From contig OX597816.1 in NCBI GenBank assembly GCA_951406725.2, forward strand, positions 41,540,001 through 41,604,000: a DNA stretch of 64,000 nt. Reading direction: 5' to 3'. Of the stretch, positions 53,964-64,000 are shown in pieces. Source of the stretch: Octopus vulgaris. Lineage: Eukaryota. Within the stretch, counting starts at the first letter, position 1. The number at the start of each line of letters is the position of its first letter. The notes beneath the pieces were generated by a model. That model made no database searches. It was not told where the DNA came from and saw only the letters and a program-made list of their open reading frames with translations. The position numbers were made by a program, and so were the translations under genes.

Positions 53964-54097
53964 TATATGTGCATTCACATACACACACACACATATATAT
54001 ACAGATATATATACATACATATGTATGTGTGTGAATGCATATATATATATATATGCCTACCACAACCTACCACAACCTCCTACCACAACCTCCTTGG

Positions 54098-55147
54098 ATG
54101 TCAGAAATAAACGAAAGAAATCTGGAAAAAGAGGCACACCGAAAAAGAGAAGAGATACAGAAGACATGGAAAAAACTCCTTAACATAAGAAAACAAAACT
54201 TCTGGAAGGCATATAAATGCGAAAAATATGCTGAAATACATTCGAAATGGATATCTTTAGCGGCACCCATACTTCCTCGGAAGTACCTAATTAAAGAAAT
54301 TGCAGGAGAACCAGAGGAAGAAACTAAACTTCGATGGGACCTTAGTTTGATCAAATTCAGGACCGACATCTCCATTACCCTGTCTAAACAATCCCGCTAC
54401 AAAGCCAAATACGAAGCTATCGATGATCAAATCAGAGATGAAATATCCAAACTAACGACCGGCAATATAGCAGAAAAAATGTGAGAACTATGGATCAGAG
54501 ATATCTCAAAAGAAGAAAGCAGATCAAGAAAGTTTTGGCAGCGGAAACAATTATTTCTCGACAAATATGCTACAAATTACGGTAAAGACACCAGAACTCC
54601 GAGAATTAGCATTAAAAGTGGACAACCTCACCAACGCAACATACACCAGAACACGTGGCAACATGAACACCCGTTTCACCACGAATCGAAGACGAACTAC
54701 GGTAAGAACTCTTCCCATTTTGTATGCAAACACCCTAATGCACACAACATGAACAAAAAGCACAAACAAAATAGATATTGTTTTGAACAAACCATTAGCA
54801 GTAGAAATAACAGGAGATCATTTTCAAGACCTCAACAGAGATTACCCACAAGAAACTGGACAAAAAACCGATCTAGATCTAGAAGTAAACCCAGATCATT
54901 TCTCCAGGTGGTTAAAAACAATGCTAACAAGAAATTGAAAAGTAGCATACATAATACCAAAAACAAGACAGAAAACATAACGAAACCAAGTAAAGTACCA
55001 CAACCAAAACGCAAAATTCATCAAGCAAACATCAACAGGAATATAAATCATAACCAGAAAAAAATCCATTTTTTTACGTCAGGACAACAAACACCGGAGA
55101 AAGAAAAAATCCAAGAGGAAACATACCCCAAACAACTGAACGTATAG
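54098..55147 (+). pseudogene. PLE ORF1 (~350 aa; helical N-half, basic RS-rich C-half), one internal TGA
   Basis: Track ORFs 54035..54484 and 54749..55147 are in the same frame, joined by open sequence after TGA 54482-54484 (EKM*ELWIRDISKEESRSRKFWQRKQLFL). Confidence 0.75.
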
Positions 55148-57381
55148 ATCCTAAAATAATTAATTTATCAAAAAGAGATCTTGACAATGATGAAATCCAA
55201 CTTCTGTCAAAAGGACTGAAATTCACACCTACACCAACAGCCAACCACCAAGAATTAAAGGAGGATATCCAAAAATTCTGTCGAAAATTACGACTTGTAG
55301 AATTCTTCGCTAACAAAAGTAATGAGATTGATGAATCCCTAGTAAGGAATAAATAAAATTTCACCCCACCAAAAGGAAGAAATAACTACCTTGACCAATA
55401 CATTGATATCCTGTCTAAATTTCCCCTTAGACGCAATACCAATGTTAGGCCAAACATTAGCAAATCAGAGATGTCTGCATGTAAACGTATACAAAACGAT
55501 CAAACAATAATAATTAAACAAGCAGATAAAGGTGGTGCAATTGTTATTATGGATACCGAATACTATAAGGATTTGGTTGAAGACCAACTGAAGGATACAA
55601 CCTTCTATTGTGAAATACCCGCAAATATAGACCACCACATCATGAAAAAGATCAACAACCTGATTTCAACACACCACAACTCACTTACAGATAATGAAAA
55701 AGACTACATCACCAATTTTGAACCAAAACCCAGCAACTTCTACGGCTTACCAAAAATACACAAATCAAAAAACATTCAACAGGCAGTAAAAGAACAAGAA
55801 AGTGAGTACATAAAATTATTACATCCAAAAGACCTAAAACTTAGACCTATTATAGCTGGTCCAGCATGCCCTACACACCGTCTAAGCAATTTTATTGACA
55901 TTGTTTTGAAACCACTATGTACTTACATACCAAGTTCCATCAGGGATGACATCGACTTCCTGTCCCATCTTCCCAAAACAACAGAAACAAATTCAGTTTT
56001 GCTAAGTTTTGATGTGGTAAGCCTCTACACCAATATTCCACACGATTTAGGAATAAAGGCGATTAAATACTGGTTAGAAAAACATAGAGAAGTGATTCCC
56101 AGCAGATTCACAGTGCCATTTATATTAGACACAGTCAAACTTATTCTAGAAAATAACACATTCTTCTTCAATGGAAAGAATTACATCCAAATTAGAGGCA
56201 CGGCGATGGGAACGAGGTTTGCTCCCGTTTACGCCAACTCTGTAATGGGATACTTAGAAGAACAACTCTACCAAGAGGTGGAGGTAAACTATGGCACTGG
56301 ATTTAGAAAGTATATTGAAAAGGCATGGAAGAGATACCTAGACGACTGTTTCATAATCTGGACAGAATCTCTAAATACTCTGGAAGAGTTCAATATCCTC
56401 CTGAACAACCTACACCCATCTCTCAAATTTACAAAGGAGATGAGTAGTACCAAATTACCATTCCTGGATATAATGGTAATTAAAAAAGACACCACCATCA
56501 CCACAGATATATACTATAAACACACAGACACACATCAATACCTAAATTTTAAGTCGTGCCATCCACCACATACAAAACGTAACATCCCATACTGCCTAGC
56601 CAGAAGAATTTGTACTATTGTAGAAGATGCAAATATCAGGAACAAACGCCTAATAGAACTAAGAGAATTTTTGCTCAAACAAAAATACCCATCTCTACTT
56701 ATAGAAAATGGCATACAGCGGGCTATAAAAATACCTATACAACAACTTAGGACAACCCAAGGAAGAGGAAAACAAGAACAAGTCATACCATTCATAGTGA
56801 CACACAACCCATATCACCAGAATATCTTCAACATTGCCAAAGCAAACCTTCCAATCATTGCCCAAAGTAATGAATTAAAAGACATAATCAAGGATCGAGC
56901 TATGGTGCTTAGTAAAAGACAGCCTAAAAACTTGAAAACATTACTAACAAAGGCAAAATTTGACCTCAGCAACAAAGACCAAACATTCACGGTATCTAAA
57001 TGCAATGATAGCCGATGTGGCACATGCCAATTCATACATACCGGTCAATATATAAACACAAAAACCGGGAAAATATTCACAAACGCGAATATGAACTGCA
57101 AAAGCAGAAATTTAATTTACTGCATCAAATGCCCAAATTGTGAAGAAATATATGTAGGTCAGACGGGAAACGCACTATTAGAACGCTCACGTGTACACCG
57201 GCAACAGATTAGAGACCCAGAGGTCCGTCAGATACCTTTGAGTAACCACCTAGCAACATGTGGTCGGAAAATATATATAATATTTCCATTCTACAAATTA
57301 CACAGCCCAAGTGAAATCGAGAGGAAAATCAGAGAAAAGAATTTTATTGATAAATTCGAACCCAAGCTAAATAAGCAATAA
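55054..57381 (+). CDS. PLE reverse transcriptase + GIY-YIG endonuclease (open 55471-57381; upstream in-frame extension broken by TAA 55354-55356)
   Basis: IINLS...LLSKGLKFTPT, ADKGG, FYGLPKIHK, LRPII, FDVVSLYTNIP, GTAMG, RYLDD, LPFLD, YYKHT, SCHP, CNDSRCGTC, LIYCIKCPNC..YVGQT. Confidence 0.93.
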
Positions 57382-57696
57382 TAATAATACTTAGAGGTAT
57401 TACTTCCACTGCTACGACCATGACCACTAACAACAACAACAATACTAAAGGTGATCAAGACGAAGATAGCAGGAAAATTATCTTATTTAGGGTTAAAAGT
57501 TCTATTGCCACCACCATCACCACTAGCAACAATAATTAAGGTGCTGACAATGATGATGATGACAATTGAAATATAAAAATATAAAAATCTCTGACAAAGG
57601 ATATTTACAACATTTCTAAAAATAACCCAACAATTGCTGCTTCGGCCAGGGTCAAGATACAGGACTCTTGACCTGTCCAACAAAGCGTGATGCCTA

Positions 57697-57840
57697 AACC
57701 AATCAGCTCAACCAACCAATCAGCTTAAGTAATTGAGTGATACTACACACTGATTGGTCAGAATACAGTTTGCAAAACCTAGCACTCTGGAGCCTACCCA
57801 GCTGTATTTATAGCACAGAATCACTCATCTTGCTACAGTC
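57697..57840 (+). promoter_or_regulatory. Putative Pol II promoter in the PLE 3' terminal region
   Basis: CCAATCAG at 57699 and 57716, reverse CTGATTGG at 57750-57757, TATTTATA at 57805-57812, Inr-like CAGT about 30 bp later; AATAAA at 58010. Confidence 0.55.
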
Positions 57841-57875
57841 AAAAATTGTGAAGCATGACTGTCAACACTACTACA

Positions 57876-57920
57876 TGAACCCGAAGATTGCAGAATTCAA
57901 TGCATGAAAGTACTAGTTCA
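57876..57920 (+). ncRNA. Minimal type I hammerhead ribozyme (U4C variant) of the PLE
   Basis: TGAAC-CCGAAGA-T-TGCA-gaattcaa-TGCA-T-GAAA-GTAC-TA-GTTCA: perfect 5-bp stem I, 4-bp stem II, palindromic AGTACT stem III. Confidence 0.75.
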
Positions 57921-58099
57921 ATCAGAATGAATATTTAACATTCTACTATTTCATTTTATTTTACTCAATTATAATATATTATCTTATAATATATCATTAT
58001 AAGATTGTAAATAAAACGTGAAAATCAGACAAGGTTGGAATTCTTTTTATTAATATATTCTTCTATACACAATCACACACACCCATATATATATATATC

Positions 58100-58148
<49 letters not shown>

Positions 58149-58745
58149 ATGCCTATATATTTCTTTGCTATTTTTTAAATATGCTTATCAATATGCTACT
58201 ATGAAATGTTTTCATGTATTTGAATTGAAAATATAAATGTCTCTATAACCTAGCATATCTGATGTTTTATCTATAATCTATTTATAAAAGTATGTATTCT
58301 CGCAAAAAAATTCCTACATTTATCTCCAGTCTACCTACTAAAATTCAAACTTATCCCTGTATATTTATGCATATTTTGCATCAACCTATGACTATCTCTA
58401 TGTTTATGTCTCCAAGTTGTCTATAAAGTAGGTTTTGTACCAATGCTAGTAAGTATAGAGATGGAAGTTTTCAACTTTAAACACATGTGCTTGTTTTATC
58501 TTTGTATACGATCATCTTTCTATACGATGTGAACATCATGTATGAATGTTTGTTTGCGTGTGTACAAACACACAAAAACATAATAAGTATTTAAATATAG
58601 ATATACACACACACGCACTTACACACACACACACACACACACATACATATACATATGTGTGTGTGTGTGTGAATGACTATACGTAAACGTTTAAATGTCT
58701 GCGTATATAAATCTAAATTAATAATTATAGCATAAGCTCAATGCG

Positions 58746-58799
<54 letters not shown>

Positions 58800-58865
58800 T
58801 ATACATATACATATATGGATAATATAGCCATGTATGTATATATATATACGTATACATATATACAT

Positions 58866-59070
58866 GTGGAGGCGCAATGGGCGTTGTGAGTGTTTATTGA
58901 GCGAAAACATCTAAAAAGCTCCACGAGCCTCCGACAGGGGATGGTGATACCTGCTGTACTCTTTCACCACTCTTTCTCCCACTCTTTCTTCTGTTTGCCT
59001 GCTCGCGAACGCATTGTGACCAGCGATATGCAACTACATCTGATGGACTGATCGGTCACGTGACGTGATC
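58866..59070 (+). mobile_element. SINE family D, tRNA head mostly deleted, tail type 2
   Basis: gtggaggcgcaatgg is joined directly to gcgttgtgagtgtttattgag; the tail ends gatcggtcacgtgacgtgatcac. Confidence 0.8.
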
Positions 59071-59614
59071 ACATATATACATATGTGGATAAGATAGCCA
59101 GATAGATATTCGGCGATACATTCATTCAATATTTTACTGTCGGTAGCGCATGTTATGAAATAACATTTGAAATGAAGCTTCTATTTGCTGCTGTCAAAAC
59201 ATTAGCCTACATTTATACACATCTGGAACACACGAATAAAGACATATATAAACTCACACTCACATACACACACACGCGCGCAAGCACACACACACACACA
59301 CAATGATGTACAAATGGTGGTAGACATCCAAGCACATACATATATGGACACAACTCAGTTTCATTGTAGTCCTACATGGTTTTCATCATAGGTGATATTT
59401 AAAATTTATTGCCGTTAACTTCACACTACTTTATATGCACACATCGCCGCTCTTTCAATGCCTTACCTGTTTCTATTGATGGAATGACAAATGAATCTCA
59501 AGAAAGAAATATGTGTGTATGTCATTGTATTAGATGAATAAATGCTTTTATAACGTTAGACCACATTCAATGTTTCCATAATTCTTACATTTATCATGAT
59601 TAAAATTTTTGCAA

Positions 59615-59895
59615 CATTTAGCATTGAAAGCTACACCAATGCCAGAACGAGACGACACTGCATAATGCCAAAGGTCCCAGCAATGCCATCACACCTCAGG
59701 ACCACTTACTGCAACAGCCTGGAATTCAAGGGCCCACAGCTTTTTAATATTCTCCCAAAGAGTCAGAGGAACTTGCACAAAGTAGATGTAGGTTTTTTTA
59801 AATTAAAGCTGAACCTCTTCCTGTCGGGAGTCCCAGATGAACCTACCTCACAGCACGAGGTGCAAATGAGGGTAGCTATATCAAACTCCATCAAT
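59615..59895 (+). pseudogene. 3' end of a CR1-group LINE ORF2
   Basis: NSLEFKGPQLFNILPKSQRNL...FFKLKLNLFLSGVPDEP...RVAISNSI. Confidence 0.75.
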
Positions 59896-59899
59896 GTAA

Positions 59900-61310
59900 A
59901 TCCATCATATCTCGAATCCAAGCATATCTCGACCTCCAGTAGCTTCCGCGTAACTCTTCTTTTTTTCCATTATTCTCTACCACTCAACGATGGTGGATTC
60001 GCACACAAAAGTTCCGCTTACTATTCTTCAAAAAACAACAAAAACCGAGTCTTGTAAAGATGGCAGTACTTCGATCCAGTTCACAATATATAGAGAAAAA
60101 TTACGCTGATCTTGCAACAAGAAAAGCGTCTAGTTATAAAACCTCTATAAGAGATGAACGCAACAGCTGTACTGGCAAGTTATACTTGTCGCCACTTCAA
60201 CACGGATGTTCCGGAGGAACGGACGTTACTGCGATGGTTTAACATCAAGAGGACTTTTCCTTCTGCAGAAGCAAGTGAAATCGTTAATCAGCTAAAATAT
60301 AAGATAAAATTGTAAGATCATCCATACCAGCATATTCACCAGTAATGATAGTCTTTCATTTCGAGCGGTTCATTGATAGACCAGCTTCTTTTGCAACTGA
60401 CTGCTGGTATGTGGGGGAAGTTCGAGGGTTTGTCATAGATACTGAGACAAGTACATTGTCATCTGCGAAGTCGAGGTCAGTGAGGTAGGATGCTAGAAAA
60501 TGTGAACCTTGGTTTGGACGGAGAGTTAAGCCTTGTTCAGATAATATAGCGCACTGTATTACATAATCAAATATTACTGAAAAGGAAAGGAGCTAACGTG
60601 TCTCTTTGAAGGACTTCTTTGTTGACTGTAAATGTGTCGTTGTCTCTTTCAAGTATGCATGTGCAACTTTTATGGTCTGCATAGCGGATAACATTTATAC
60701 TTCATTTGATATACCGCAGGCAAAGAAATCTGAAGCATTTGCACGCGGTTGGATAGAATCAAATGCTTTGGAGATTTACACAAAGAAGTACTACGAAGTA
60801 TATTTGGCATTTACCTGATGTCCTGATCAGCCAAATTCTTAAACCGTATCAAGTTCAATGGCATCCGAGACGTTCTCAAAACACCCGCAGATAAAACTAA
60901 ATAGCCATTCGCAACGGCCGGGCCTTCACCGGCACATTGAAATTATTTCAGATTTTAAGAATATGAAAATGCGAACATCCCATAACAACCACAGATCTAA
61001 GGGAACAATCTATTTCTCGACTACTAAATTGCCATGCCCTGTCAAACCGTATTGTCAATGCCTGCTAAGGTGCAATCAATTATGATTGAATCCATTATGT
61101 TGAAGCACGCAGTTCAGTTTCATCCCCCACTCTTCTTCTCTTACATTCAACGACGTATAATGTCTAGTGCAGATATTACAACCCTAACATTATCTAAACG
61201 GATCCCACCCTCAGAGAACCTAGAAAACACACAGAATATAAACCTTGAAAACATTTTTCGTTCGAACATAGCTAACCTTGTCATATTTTTGCAGCACCAG
61301 AAAATTTGAC
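59900..61310 (-). pseudogene. Degenerate RTE-type LINE reverse transcriptase
   Basis: Minus strand: KAFDSI (~60765), DTLAPFLF (~60600), LTDLDFADDN (~60480). Confidence 0.8.
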
Positions 61311-61526
61311 TTTGCGTCCTATGAAACTATTACACTTGTGTCATGGCTACATTCCTAGAACTAGATTATGTATTATTTTGTTAGTTGACACACATATCGA
61401 CCTACATAAATACACACACAATTACACACTGCATATATTCAGAGACATAGAGAGTGAGAGAAATTTACACGTATGGAGTATCTATGTGTGTAAAAGTATC
61501 CATGTATGTATGTATATATGCATGTA

Positions 61527-61609
<83 letters not shown>

Positions 61610-62947
61610 ATGTATGCATATATATATATATATGTATATATATATACATACATACATGCATACGTACTTACATACATACATATATTCATACATACATACA
61701 TACATATATACATACTTATATATATATATTCGTGTATATGAAGAGAGGTTGAGTTATACATTGTATGAATGTGCATAAGTTTATGTATCCGCACTTTTGT
61801 TTCTGCATGTGCATGCATCTGTGAGACTTAGGCATATTCTCTATGCATTTAATTTTCCAGAATTCGATGTCTGTATTTCCCTCACATCTAATTAAATATT
61901 GCACCTGTTCAACTAAGGACGCATCATTATTTTATATATTTTTTATATTTTGACAACATCAATACATCCAGGGTTATATAAATATATATATAGTTTATTT
62001 ATAATATATGTGAATTCTTGTAAATAACTTTCATGACCTCGTATATGTGTGACTTGAACTATTCATATATTAGTTAGCATTCCTTATTTTTTGAAATTTT
62101 AAACAAATAGAAATAAAAGAATCTCTTTGAAACGAAGAAGGAACAATTATTAAATTTTATGCATAATACAACTTTACCTTACAAGTATTTGTAAATATTT
62201 TCATGCACTTAATGAATGATACACGATAAAATATTAATGCATACGGGAGCTCATACACAAACGCACACACACACACACACACGCACACACACAGAGGCAC
62301 AAACATGATCTCGCGCCCACACACAAAAGCACGCGTATTCATAAACACAGAAACAACACAATACACACATAAAACTTGTGAGAGAGAGGAAATTATAACT
62401 TCGATTCTTAGAGGTGGAGAATAATTTTTCCAAGAGAAGAAATCGCATATGCATCTTATTTATACAAACAAGATGGGCAGTGAATACATACACATACACA
62501 TCTGCATGAATACATATGCGAATGTGAGTGGGTGTGTGTGAGAGAGAGAGAGAGAGCTAGAAAGAGAGAGTGTATGTGTGTGTGTGCGCGCGCATACAGT
62601 AATAACTTAGATGCATACACACGTACATATACATGCACGAGGGTGCTTAGTGATTTGGTATTCTGCACTCACAATCGCAGCAATGGGGTTTCGATACCTA
62701 GACGGACACTGGGTTGTATTCCCGTTCACCCTGTTCACCCACATATAAACAGGTAACACTGCGACTAATCAAACTAACTGATGTTAAGGTAAGAGGGGAA
62801 GCTACACTGCCTCTGCTCAGTGGAATGGCACAATTCAAAATGTTCGAAAGCTACAACAATAATGAGGAAGAGGTTGTGACCACCGCTGTTTAACATCCAA
62901 TTGTTGATTAATAGAGTGATACATACATACATACATACATACATACA

Positions 62948-62978
<31 letters not shown>

Positions 62979-63054
62979 TATACATATTTAAAATAACAGA
63001 ATGAGGTAAAAATCCAAGGTTGTGAAAGATTTCAGAACATTTATAAATAGAATG

Positions 63055-63100
63055 TCTTACAGCTGTTTCCTGGATATTTTATATATCCCTTCCTCGGAGA
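63055..63100 (-). ncRNA. Minimal hammerhead-like motif (U4C) in PLE-like fragment ~62985-63300
   Basis: Minus strand: TCT-CCGAGGA-ag-GGATAT-ataaa-ATATCC-ag-GAAA-CAGCTG-TA-AGA; palindromic ACAGCTGT stem III. Confidence 0.6.
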
Positions 63101-63299
63101 TGGTGTGAGAAAATGGTTAAGCACTAGTTATTCTAGATAAGATATGAAATAGAGAGTGAAGTGGAGGAATGAAAAAATAGACGTGATATTTGCAGGGACA
63201 TTGTATCTGCAGTTCCATTCTTTAGTCAGAAAGATATACATATAAGATTCCTGTAACTTGTGAGTAAGTTGCAATAGTATTTGTTTATATGTTCATAAA

Positions 63300-63363
<64 letters not shown>

Positions 63364-63414
63364 TGTGTAAACAGATAAACAAATATACATAGAAAGAGTG
63401 GGAGAAAAATCAAT

Positions 63415-64000
63415 AATGTATACCTGCTGTGATGTCGTCCAGAAATTAAAACCTCTACTATCACTAATAATGCTCAAAATAATGGTCTTATAAACACCCA
63501 CTCGGTCCTCCATCCGTTCGTATTCGTTATCAGCTATATACGTTGTCATTTCCCTGATGTCATAGCCGATTTCTCGCAGGTACTCAATTGCGAGATTGTT
63601 TCCTACCTGCTCCGGTTGAGGTAGACCATATGTGTGAATGAGTTAACCTCACATAGCTGGCACCCGTGTGTCCAGGTCAAGTAGTGCCTCATTGTAAATG
63701 GTGTTATTGAAGGAGGCAGTATTCATTGATGTTTGCCTTTGAATCCTTTGTAGGAAATCTTCTGCCATGGTGATGTTGGAGGTCTCCCAAAGGTTGAGAG
63801 GTTCATTCAAGCCACATGTCATCAACATGCTAGAAAATAGCTGGCGCAGTTGACTCAGTGGTCTTCTGACTGACTTCTCCTCCTATGTCTTGTCGCAGTG
63901 AGCATCGTTCTACAGTAGTCGATGTTTGGCGCAGGGTTCTCTGTAGGTCGTGCAGACTTCCCCATTGTATCTTCCAAGGAATGACAGTGTGCAGCAGTAG
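63415..64000 (-). pseudogene. Helitron Rep-helicase relic (linker to start of PIF1 domain)
   Basis: NGEVCTTYREPC...LL*ND...QLRQLFSSML...PLNLWE...MAEDFL...IYNEALLDL...YGLPQP...EIGYD...VYKTII; runs off the window edge. Confidence 0.88.

Larger units (their letters stand above)
54055..58070 (+). mobile_element. Near-complete Penelope-like retroelement (Neptune-like architecture) inserted in a (TA)n field
   Basis: ORF1, RT/GIY-YIG ORF and ~690-bp 3' region with hammerhead; TA-rich microsatellite on both sides; only two in-frame stops in ~3.3 kb of coding sequence. Confidence 0.93.

Noticed and set aside
54482-54484. In-frame TGA in PLE ORF1 as selenocysteine or readthrough
   Set aside because: It lies in a charged helix (EKM*ELW), not a Cys motif. 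CGA-to-TGA decay is simpler, no SECIS was recognised, and the copy has another nonsense codon at 55354.

Overview
AT-rich, repeat-saturated animal non-coding DNA, most consistent with an octopus/cephalopod intronic or intergenic region (an inference from the SINE types, the microsatellite density and the retroelement content). No intact host gene is evident, and most ORF-track entries are microsatellite translations. The main contents are: (1) a near-complete Penelope-like retroelement (PLE, ~54055-58070) with an upstream ORF1 overlapping the RT/GIY-YIG ORF in the -1 frame at a T TTT TTT heptamer, and a 3' region carrying CCAAT/TATA motifs and a minimal hammerhead ribozyme; (2) many PLE terminal fragments sitting in (TA)n tracts, several with minimal hammerhead folds, often with a CCGANGA (U4C) core, and some arranged as palindromes; (3) R4/Dong-type non-LTR elements in (TAA)n tracts; (4) at least four tRNA-derived SINE types; (5) relics of mariner, rosa-like and maT-like Tc1/mariner, RTE, CR1-group and Helitron elements. 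All family calls come from manual motif reading, not database searches.
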